Source of the DNA: Klebsormidium nitens | Lineage: Eukaryota; Plantae; Klebsormidiophyceae | Direction of reading: 5' to 3' | Length of the DNA: 34,607 nucleotides | Assembly (NCBI GenBank): GCA_000708835.1 | Contig: DF237719.1 | Location: 1 to 34,607, forward strand | Shown here: positions 1 through 10,033 of the stretch, piece after piece | How positions within the stretch are numbered: position 1 is the stretch's first letter | Layout of the letters: every line of letters starts with the position of its first letter | Program-made: the position numbers and the translations under genes | The notes under the pieces: model-generated | What the model was told of the DNA's origin: nothing | The model's input: only the letters and a program-made list of their open reading frames with translations | Database searches by the model: none

Positions 1-391
1 TATAAAATAAATTGATTGATTGATTGACATGCAACACCAGTAGCTTGCAAGGCTGCAACTTGCAAGCAGCATGCCACTGGCGCTGGGCAATGAGAAATTT
101 AGGAGGGTGTTTGTCTCCAGTTGTAGCCTAGATAGGACGCCTTCCTTTTGGACCAAACGGTGGCAACATTGAAGGCCCACCGTAAAGATCTTTTCTAAAG
201 TCGTGTTGCTGCAGGTGCTCTCCTGCGGTTGCAGAGAGGCAGAGAGGAGCTTGGCTTTTCGAAGTATTGGTCATTTGATTATCAAAGAGCATCAGTCGAA
301 GCTGGAAAAGCTGCACAAAAAGTGATTTTTGGGCATAGACAGCTGTGACCTGGACACAGCCTGGCCATAAGACTCTACAGGTTTGGGAATC

Positions 392-3300
392 ATGGTACGG
401 CAGCTCGCTTCCCTTTTATTTCAACTGAATGCTGCTGTTGATGTGCTGCCGGGCATAGGCGATGATGAGCCTTCGAGCACTGTGCCCGTCACTTCTGAGG
501 TTCCTTATTGTTGTTTGCAGTGTCCTGAGCCATAAAAGCTTTTGTGCGGTGTATTCTTTATGTGTTGCCAAACAACGATTGCAATTGAATCGGCGTGTTG
601 TGCTTGTGCGAAGGACGAAGCTTGAAGCTTATGTTGTTCTGCAGGCTGCGTTAACTTCATGTTGCAAATTGCTCAGAAGAATTGAGGATTGATTTGCTTG
701 TTTCTCTGCAGGCAACTCTTGCTGATTCCTTCCTGGCGGATCTGGAAGACCTGTCCGACAATGAAGAAGGGTCTGAGGTAAGCACACTTTTTTGGTTTCC
801 GTGAAACATTCTCTTTGAGCCCCAAACACAAGGCTTTGACATTGCTGATTAGCCCATCTGTTCCGCAAGGTTGTGCTCGCCCCTCCAAATCTCGGTAGGA
901 TTGAGCAAAGAAACTTCAAACATGTTCTGTGATGCCTCATCATACTTGGCAAAAGCAGCAAGCATTAAGCACAGGTCTGTAAGTGGTGGTACCACGGTTT
1001 GTGCTCGGGAATGTGCTTGAGAGGTTGAATGCGCTCATCTTGATCTCTGCATTGCTGCCATCAATTGAGGATCATCGTCAATTCGTCAATTCGTTGTGCA
1101 GGAAGAATTGGAGGTCCCAGGGGATGCTATGGAGGAGGACCACGGCGAGGAAGAGAAGGACCTCGAGGCAGTCAATCCTGATGACCTGGACTCAATTGCA
1201 AAGCTGCAGAAGGGGGAAAGATACAACCGGGTCCTGAGGGTAAGCACTGAAGGCCCCCTGTTCATCAGCTGCGGGCGCAGGCTGGAATATTGTTTGAAGC
1301 TCTTCTCTCTTTTTCTAGCCATGCTAGTATGATCAGGAGGTTGGAACACCAGCAACCACCAGCGACTTTTGGTGTCACCTTCATTCCTGCATCACCTGTC
1401 TCAAAACATTGACAAGCAGCATTCTGTGACATGCTGGTTCATGTGCCGCCACCCCGTGCAGAAGACTGCTTCAATCTCGCTTTGCATGGCAACCTTGACA
1501 ATTCCATCCACAGCATCGCATCATCTTTTGCTGAGTGTGCTCTGGTTCTGCAGGAGGTTGAGGCCGGCCTCGAGAAGGACGGGAGCAACATCGTGCGCGG
1601 GGTGGGGGTTGAGGACGACCCTGAGTACAAGCTGATAGTGGAGGGGAACCAGGTGATGGTGCAGATCGACAACGAGATTGGAGCCATTCACAACTTCATC
1701 CGGGACAAGTATCGCACCAAGCTGCCGGAGCTGGAGTCGCTCGTGCTGCACCCCATCGATTATGCCCGGGTGGTCAAAGCGATCGGGAACGAGATGGTGA
1801 GTAAAATTGAGCGTTTGGTTGTCCATGCCCCGATACTAAAAGATAGTGAGGCGGTTGAAGGGCATGAGTGAGGATTACACGATCCAACAGTGGTCTTACA
1901 AGTCTTGGCTGCGGTATCTTGTTTTATTCTGTTGGAAGCAGGATTGACTCGATTCATGTAGATTTGTTGACCAAGACTATACACCGGGGGAAGCTTTGAA
2001 GTCCGGTTGAGGTCTCCACTTGCTCCAGCTGACAATTCGTTCCAAAGGGATGTCGCTAATATTCCTCTTTTTCTGACCTGTGTCAGCCCGCTTCCTTTTG
2101 CAGGATTTGACCCTAGTCGACTTGGAGGGCCTACTCCCGTCTGCCACCATCATGGTGGTGTCAGTTACGGCTTCCACCACCAGCGGCAAACCGTTGACGG
2201 ACGAGGTCTACCAGAAGGTGATGGACGCATGCAACAGGATACTCGACCTGGATGCGGCCAAAAAGAAGGTGAGCAACATCAAGACATTGCGATGCGACCT
2301 TCTCTTGAGAATGAATCCTCTTTCTTCGACCGCCAATCTCGTGGTTGCACTCTTCCGTCCAACGAGCAGGCCATGTCTGATTCAATATTTTTGTGACTTC
2401 GACCACCAACAGGATAGCATGCGAAATTCGGCGCAGAATAGTGCTCAGTCGATCTTACGTATCTTCCGGCCCCAGAATCCAGGCCGAACCCTGAAACTGA
2501 TCGATTTGGACATCAATTACTTCTCTCTCTGTTCTTCTGTTTTCCGGCTCTTCCGAGGAACGCTCAGAGAGTCCTTCGCTCTTTTTGAAGAGTCTCTGAC
2601 CAACTCAAACCTGCTGTCGCAGATCCTCAAGTTCGTGGAGAGCCGCATGCTGTTCATTGCCCCCAACCTGTCCGCGATCGCGGGCAGCTCCATCGCGGCC
2701 CGGCTGATGGGCATGGCCGGGGGCCTCGGCGCGCTCGCCAAGATGCCGGCCTGCAACGTGCAACTCCTGGGGGCCAACCGGAAGAACCTCGCGGGCTTTT
2801 CGACTGCCACGCAGCTGCCGCACACGGGGCTCGTCTTCCACACGGAAATTGTGCAGCAGACGCCGCCCGCGCTGCGCATGAAGGCGGCGCGCCTCATCGC
2901 TGGTGGGTTGACTCGAACATCTCGTTTGTGCCCTTGGACCTCCACTCCGACTGCCGAATTGAGTGCTCTTGCGGGGTGCGGCTTTTGGTTGTTTGCACGA
3001 ACACTAACCTGGGAGGCTCGCAAAAAAAGCTGCCGTCCAATTCAGAAGTCTCCACTCGACCATCGCCGGTTGTATCTCGTATGCTGGATTCCTTCGGTCT
3101 TTCAGGTTCTGGTGGCTCCTGTACTTGTCCGTGTGGTTTGGTCGAGTAAGAGACAGTCTCTGCATGCGTACATCTTAGAGTGTTGGATATCTCTTTGCTG
3201 AATAGATGTACCTCGGGCTCAGGTAGTGTTGCAGCACCATAAAATCAAGTGGTAAGACGTCGGATTCAAGCGGTTGCCGTTTGCAGCTTGGCGTCGCTTT

Positions 3301-4343
3301 TTCAAAACTTGCTATTGGGTTCGGTCGGAAAAGATGATGCCTGAGGGACCTCTTTCCTTTCCATGCTTATCCTTAAGTGAGGAGGCTTTGTACACCTCTA
3401 ACGCTTTTGGCCCTCCTTCCTTGCAGGCAAGTGCACGCTTGCCGCTCGCGTGGATCACACCCTGGGCGACACGACGGGCGGGCACGGGCAGGCGCTGAAA
3501 GACGAGATCATGAAGAAGATAGAAAAGTGGCAGGAGCCGCCCCCGGCCAAGACGGCGAAGCCGCTGCCGGTGCCTGACGCAGAGCCGAAGAAACGGAGAG
3601 GAGGCAGGAGGATGCGGAAGATGAAGGAGAGGTAAGACACTTGTGAAAGCGGCAAAGCTGCTCGTATTTGCTGCTTCCTCCTTAAATTGTCGGGAGAAGG
3701 GGCGGGAATTGCAAGCAAAAGGTGTTCAGCAATGTCAAGTCGTGGGAAAGGGTTTGCCGGACGGTTACAAGGGGCTTACGATGGTCTCGAAACGGGCAAG
3801 GTTTGACTTAGGTCTACACCATGCTGTCATTCTTCGCCGATCTTCCTTGCTTAGTGCAGGACACCCTCTCTTTTGACTTCTGTGGCATTCGTGAAAGCTG
3901 TGTTAGGCAAAGGCGGTCTGGCGGGCGAATCTACGGCCTGGTATCCCTGCTTTTTGAGCTCCCGTTCCGCCCCTTGATGCAGGTACGCCGTCACCGAGAT
4001 GCGGAAGCTGGCCAACAGGATGCAGTTCGGTGTGGCCGAAGAGACAGACCTCGGCGCGGGCATCGGCGAGGGCTTCGGAATGCTGGGGCAAGCAGGGAGC
4101 GGGAGGCTGCGTGTGCAAGCGGCGCAGAGCAACCTCAAGTCGAAAGTCGCAAAGAAGTTTGCTAAGGAAAAGTCGTATGGTGGGGGTGGGGCCACGTCGG
4201 GCCTGTCGTCGAGTCTTGCGTTCACGCCTGTGCAAGGCATTGAGCTCGCGGATCCCTCGCAAGGGCGACGTGAGGCGCAGATCATGTCGGGGACTAGTTC
4301 GTACTTCTCCGAGACGGGAACTTTCTCCAAAGTAAAGAAGTAG
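392..4343 (+). CDS. PRP31: U4/U6 snRNP protein Prp31 (Nop-domain pre-mRNA splicing factor), 8 exons, 486 aa
   Basis: Exons are 392-394 (ATG only), 712-777, 1102-1239, 1554-1796, 2104-2268, 2623-2902, 3427-3631 and 3983-4343. All introns are GT-AG, phases are consistent, and the total is 1461 nt. The translation starts MATLADSFLADLEDLSDNE. It contains EDDPEYKLIV, IAPNLSAIAGSSIAARLMGMAGGLGALAKMPACNVQLLG, KKIEKWQEPPPAK..KPLPVP..EPKKRRGGRRMRKMKERY, MRKLANRMQFG and SGLSSSLAFTPVQGIEL, all hallmark Prp31 segments. Confidence 0.97.
458..531 (+). ncRNA. Candidate intronic box C/D snoRNA in PRP31 intron 1
   Basis: Box C ATGATGA at 462-468, CTGA at 495-498 (D') and 525-528 (D), and a short terminal stem GGC/GCC. 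There is no clear C' box and I could not confirm a target. Confidence 0.2.
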
Positions 4344-5115
4344 TTAGGGTTTCTGCTTGATCTAGACTTCACATCGAAGATGACGGCTTGTCTTGTACAG
4401 TAATCCTTGCAACGGCCCTTAGACGGAACAACGTAGTATTTCAGACGAAGCGAACATCCAGGAGCCATTGACAGAGCCTTGTCGAGTACCTGCGTATGAG
4501 CATCACTGAAAAACATATGAGGAGAAGGCTTCGACTTGCAACGAATCTCATGTGCATACCTTGAATGAATCCGTTGTTATTGCTATCAATCACTTGTGGT
4601 TTTTCATTGCATCTACTAGTTACTGATACATCATCAGATTGAGGCATAATTGTTTGCGTCCGCACAAATGTTATACCATTACGACCATGCAAACTTTGCG
4701 CTGAGTAGATGCGTACTCGTAACAAAGCACATGGCTAATCACAATGCATTGCACTTTTCCACGGCCATGGTCATGATCATAAGTAGGTGTCATTGAAGCA
4801 CATGTTCAAGGTTCTTATCAAATGGTTACGATGCGTGAGAGTTTATAATAACTTTCTGTCCAAATTCCCTGAAGCTACCCGGTGAGCGGCCCTGCAAAGA
4901 AGCCACGTGGTGACAGCAGGTATGAATGCGTCGTTTCCCAAGTTCTGACATTCTGTAACTAGATCGAAATCACGTTAGGACCAAAGTGATCAGCACAGCA
5001 GACTAGGGGAGGCGGCCATGCAGGTCAAGCCTGGCCGGCCACATTCTCGCACACAGTGACAGCTCTACTAGCCTCTAGCACGGCATTCCCGGCAATTGAG
5101 CCGTTCTAGCTGAAA

Positions 5116-8100
5116 ATGGCTGCCCGCTCTGGTATCTCGTTACTCCGCAGCGCACTTGCCTGGCATCAAAGGTTAGCTCCAGATTTGATAGAAGCAGCCT
5201 GCTGTGGTGCACAGCAATCCGTTGATCGCTGCCGTTCTTTCTTTACTTCCAATCCACAATCAGCCGCCACTGAAGGCCCTGAGCCACCATCTATTTCGCC
5301 TTTGAAAGACAGAGGCCCTTACACGTCAAAGCTTACCAACCGCTCCGTGATTCACATTGATGGCCCCGACTGCATACACTTTCTGCAAGGTCTTGTGACC
5401 AACGACCTTGCTCACTTTGAGTCTGAGAAACCCCCCACAAGCTCTCTCCCAACGCCAAACCCCAGCCAGCCAGCAGCACAGCGGCCGCCAGTCTATGCTG
5501 CACTGTTGACACCTCAGGGGAGGTTCCTGTTCGACTTTTTCTTCTACAGGCCAGTAGAAGATCAGGAGAAACTTGACAGGGAAGGCACTGGGCCTGGCAA
5601 GGGGGAGACAGAGGGACTGTTTGCTGATGTCGATGCTGACACCAAGGACGAGCTTCTGCAAACCCTCAACAGGTGATACCGCATTTCGATGATAGGTGCA
5701 TGCAACCCCAGTGGAAAATTGCAATGGTGGCGTTAAGTTTCTCTTGAGAGATTCGTTCTGCAACACCCTCACTATGATACTGTTTTTGATTATGCTCACC
5801 ACAGCACGCATGCAAAGTTTAACGTCACCACTTGTTTCCGATGGGTTGTTACATGTCCTCGTAATATAGTATTTGTTTTGACAATCTGTTCAGACTGTGA
5901 AATCAAAGTTAAGTTAGATTCTTGTGGGACTGTTTGTAGGACTCAACAGTCAGCTTTGTGAGAAGTTTGCATACGTCAGCTGAATCTGGATCAGACCTCA
6001 GTGTGATCCTCACCCAGGGAAGAGACGTGCTATACCTCCACCTGAAGTTTGAATCAGCCTGTAGAGACATCTCCATCTCAGCGTTTTGGCTTGTCTCACA
6101 GGTACAAGCTGAGGGCCAACGTAGGAATCCAAGACGTCTCCAAAGACTTTACTGCTTGGGCGCGGTACGGCGGTGCGGTCTCCGAAAATCCAGAGGAGGG
6201 GTTTGAAGCAGAAGCTGGGGCGATAGGCTATGGGGGTACCACTGATAGGGCGGGGATGGTAGCTGCTGAAGCGGAAGGGGGGGGCTGGAGATGGGCCAAG
6301 GATCCAAGACTGGCTGAGCTGGGGCTGCGGGGGATCTTTGAGAGTACAGGTATACGTAAGCACTAAACTGCAATCTGGATTTCTGTTACCCTAAAGCGAA
6401 GCGCAAAGATTGGTAGATTTCTGGCAGATTCTTATGAAGTTCGTGCTCTTGCTGCAACAGGAATAGTGCTAGGAGCTGTGCTGTTTTGACGCTGTTCCTG
6501 CTTTTGTCCCTAAAAAACTTACTGTGGCTGTTTATGTGTTAAAACAGGGCTGACAGACAGCCACTCCTGAATTATGCCAACGCTATGATGGGGCTTCAGC
6601 CTGAGCGGCCAATAAAGTCAGGGCTGCATGGGGCACTTCGTAATTCCAGCTCGAATGAATGGTGTAGCCAACCTGTTCCACTTTGGCAATGAGAGGTGTA
6701 ACAGTAGGATGGGGAACGTCGAAGCACCCCAGCATTTCTGTATCAACCACGGAGGGCTTCGTCAGTACGTACTGTGTGACCGGTGAATTTGCCTTAGCCT
6801 CCGATTCAGTCTGAACCTGTTCGCTGGACAGAATTCCATGAGTACGCAGGACAGCCTGTTGTTCTTCTGTAATCCCATCTGTATATACAGACCAACCGCA
6901 AACATACTTGCCTCTTCCTGGCCTCGTCCTGTTTTGACTTTCTTTCGTGGATGGCAGCAAAAGTTGGTAACCTTTTGAGGAAATTTCAGGAAATCCACAT
7001 TGGTCGAACAATGTGCCTTCTGCTGTTTCCATCTCAATGAGGCAAGCCAGAACGACAGGTATTGATGTTCATCCTGAATCTGCTTCTGCAGCCCCGCTAG
7101 TAGAAGCTGACGGAGAAGTGGACAGCCGATACTACCGGCTGTGGCGATACGAGCACGGGGTCCCGGAAGGCCCCTTTGAGATCCCGAAAGGTGCGTCACC
7201 ATCAATCCGATCCGCCAGTGTCTATGTCAAGCAGCTTCAAGGATTTGCAGCTTCATCTCGTTGATCCCTTGATAGGGAAAAGACCAAAGTCAAGTCAAAG
7301 TCATTACGTGCCAGCGGTCCTTAGTTCTGCACGAAAATTTAAAGGGTACCAGGCGGACTTGGGAGCTCGCAGAAGAGATAAATCTGCCTACTTCACATGG
7401 GCTCAGGAACATGTCAGGAACATCGGGAATCGCTGTTGGGTCGTATTGCAGGGAACTTTCCTCACACAAGGTCATTGCCGGATGGCAGTGGTAGAAGTTC
7501 TCGGTGCTTTCGTTTGTTGATTGATCGGGTAGAATAAGGTGGGTATGGACAGGATCACTCACATGGCAGAAACTTCGAGAAAAGAGTTTGAAGTGGGCGA
7601 CAGTGGTTGCCGCTCTAATCAGCACGTTTACCTCGTCTGCGCTTTCGAAGCTGGTATGTCAGCGACTCGTTTCGAAGCTGTTATTTCAGTGATTCATTCA
7701 ATGCGGGTGGTTCGACGCCCGACTTCTACGGGCCTCCAGCCTTACAGATGTCGCAAATGATCCCTGCAGGGGAGGCGATCCCTCTGGAATATAACCTGGA
7801 TGGCTTGCACGGCATCAGCTACGAGAAAGGCTGCTATGTCGGACAGGAGCTCATCGCGCGGACGCACCACAAAGGTGTGGTTCGCAAGCGGGTGTTCCCC
7901 GTTGTCTTTGGCGAGGGTACTCAAGAAGGTGAGGGGGTCTCTTAGCTGCTGGTTTGAGGAAAGGTGTTGTTGAATGACTGGCTGGTAATTCGTACGACAA
8001 AAGTTGGCTGACATGACCATTGTGAGCATTGGTGCCTCAGTTGAGCATCGGTCCTCTGGTTAAAACAGGGACGAAGTCTTGTGGACGTGAGCAGCTCAAT

Positions 8101-8684
8101 ACGTTAAGCATCTGGTTCGATACGTTCAGCTCAATACGTTAAGCATCTGGTTCGATACGTTCAGGACGCATACCTGCCGGCCTTTCACCGGGATAGCCTT
8201 GTTCTTGAGTCGACTTACCGTCTTCGACCGGGATAACTTTGATCTCGAGTCGCTTATCGTCTTCGAGTATTCTAGTTGAAGCTTTGTAAGCTTCGGAAAT
8301 GAAGAAGCACGAAGACGACGCTGGTTAGTATACAGGATCACCCGTTTGCCAAACTTATTACTTTGCTACGTCATGAGAGTTCTTTTGAGGACTGGCGCTT
8401 CCTTGCGGTTATTGCCGTAGCTTCCAGAACGAAGATAGACGAAGATCATCTGCCGTTTTGCAGCCGATGATCAGTACGTCCCTCCCGGTTCCGAGATCGT
8501 CGACAAGCAGTCGGGGAAGAAGGTCGGCAAGGTGACAGCGGCACTGGGCTCAAGAGGTCTTGCTCTTCTGAGGCTAGAGGCAGCGCTGAAAGAGGGCGCA
8601 AAGCTAGAAGTCAAGGGTAAGTGTGAGCTTAAAGCGATTCGGCCTTCGTGGTGGCCTCAAGAGTGGGGTCGAGAAGAGGCTTAG
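5116..8684 (+). CDS. IBA57: Mitochondrial Fe-S cluster assembly factor IBA57/CAF17 (YgfZ/COG0354 family), 5 exons, 429 aa
   Basis: Exons are 5116-5672, 6102-6355, 7092-7190, 7770-7928 and 8464-8684 (1290 nt). The N-terminus is Arg/Ser/Ala-rich and presequence-like. Family segments present are [51 protein letters not shown], the signature [15 protein letters not shown], and a C-terminal [11 protein letters not shown]. Confidence 0.96.
6583..7032 (-). CDS. Possible nested antisense gene (149 aa) inside IBA57 intron 2
   Basis: An uninterrupted ATG-to-TAG ORF lies wholly within intron 6356-7091. Its composition looks globular and alpha/beta ([23 protein letters not shown]; [24 protein letters not shown]). 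No homology was confirmed, and an ORF of this length can arise by chance. Confidence 0.3.
   Translation of the reverse strand: METAEGTLFDQCGFPEISSKGYQLLLPSTKESQNRTRPGRGKYVCGWSVYTDGITEEQQAVLRTHGILSSEQVQTESEAKANSPVTQYVLTKPSVVDTEMLGCFDVPHPTVTPLIAKVEQVGYTIHSSWNYEVPHAALTLLAAQAEAPS
8092..8164. repeat. Perfect 35-bp tandem duplication in IBA57 intron 4
   Basis: CAGCTCAATACGTTAAGCATCTGGTTCGATACGTT occurs at 8092-8126 and 8127-8161, followed by a partial CAG. Confidence 0.95.
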
Positions 8685-10033
8685 AAATGCATCCGGCAAG
8701 GATTCTGGGCGAGATCAGTTTGCGGGCTGCTGGAGAAGAGATCATCTCCTATGCACTTCCGGAGCAGCCTCTTTAATAAGGTTACGAAACCATACGGCTA
8801 TAAGCAAGGCCAACGTAGGGAGGTCTCAGAAAGACGATATGGTCAAAGATTGTAAAGAAGATGGCAAGCCTGTCAAACCCGGTCAGCTTCCGTTTAGACC
8901 GCATCTTGGAATATGCAGGGAGCATCTGCAGCCGCCATGTCAGACAAGTCATAAGGCTAGTTGTTGTGGTGTGGCACACAACAGCTGCAATTCATTGTTG
9001 ATCGTTCGCACGACTGTTTGTTGTAAGTTCGCGTTTGATTACGTGCCCTTTTCTTCCTTGACATTCCAGAATCGGGCGCCCCGTATGGCAAACCTTGCTC
9101 GAGCGTGCATTCAGATTATGTGCTGACGTTTTATGTATCATAGCCTATACCCGCGCTTCAAGATCTGGCACATGCGACGGCCGCTCGCCGGCTTCCAACC
9201 TATCCATATGCCCGGCCACCCACCCAGCTAGCTATAGATACGCAGGAGCCGCATGTGCCTATAGGCGATACACCTAGGCCGCGCCCGTCTGCTACTGCGC
9301 GCTGCCATATGCATGCATGGTTTGCAATCCATTTAATCTGCCTGCCGGTGAAAATCATCACCATGCAGTACTTCACATGATCCACTTATACAGACCAGGT
9401 GCATGAAAACCTTTAGTATAATGCATGTGCGATGTTTCCAATACTAACGAGTGGCAGATCGTTGGATCAGCACGATCTCACTATACTTGCGCGGTTTCCA
9501 AGATAGCGAGAATTATGTTTCCGTCCGAAGAATGCAACCGATCAGACGCTTGTTCCGTCTTCCAAGCTTAACATTAACCCTTTTCTTATCATATCTCAAG
9601 GCTCTTTGGCCGGGGCATCAGTGATCATATTCGCTGAAATTGCAAATCAGTGAACAATCATCATGCCATGAAGCAGACTGGACGCATATCGAATGGTCTG
9701 TACGTATTGCATTATGCATGACAGCAAGAATGATCGACTTCGCATGCGGTCTCTCACTGAAAGATATCATAGATTACTACAATAGTCCAGTTCAATGCGT
9801 TGTCGCCCTCGTCGTCCCTATGCAACATGCAGAGCAAAACTGTGTGTCAAGTAAGTACATGCAGTCCGGTCATATTTGCGCAGCTGGATGAGTGGCCCGC
9901 ACGTAACGGACCTTGTTGAAAGCCTCAGCATGCATGGGGCATACGATCCTCGCCAATGCAAAGACGCGTGCCATCGCGTCCTGAATAACGATCATGCATG
10001 CCAGTGAATGTCAGACCAACATATACGTCTACC

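Noticed and set aside
128-316. 62-aa minus-strand ORF at the window start
   Set aside because: It has no recognisable motif and no ATG start, and any upstream exon would collide with the PRP31 start region.
2080-3201. 373-aa ORF-track protein treated as one CDS
   Set aside because: It is PRP31 exons 5 and 6 joined by an in-frame read-through of intron 5 and part of intron 6. The intronic parts have no Prp31 similarity and are bounded by canonical GT/AG.
4344-4352. Telo-box TTAGGGTTT right after the PRP31 stop codon
   Set aside because: It is a single 9-mer in a 3' UTR with no partner motif, about 760 bp from the next ATG, so it is compatible with chance.
4902-4910. G-box GCCACGTGG upstream of IBA57
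   Set aside because: It is an isolated common hexamer core, with nothing to support function.
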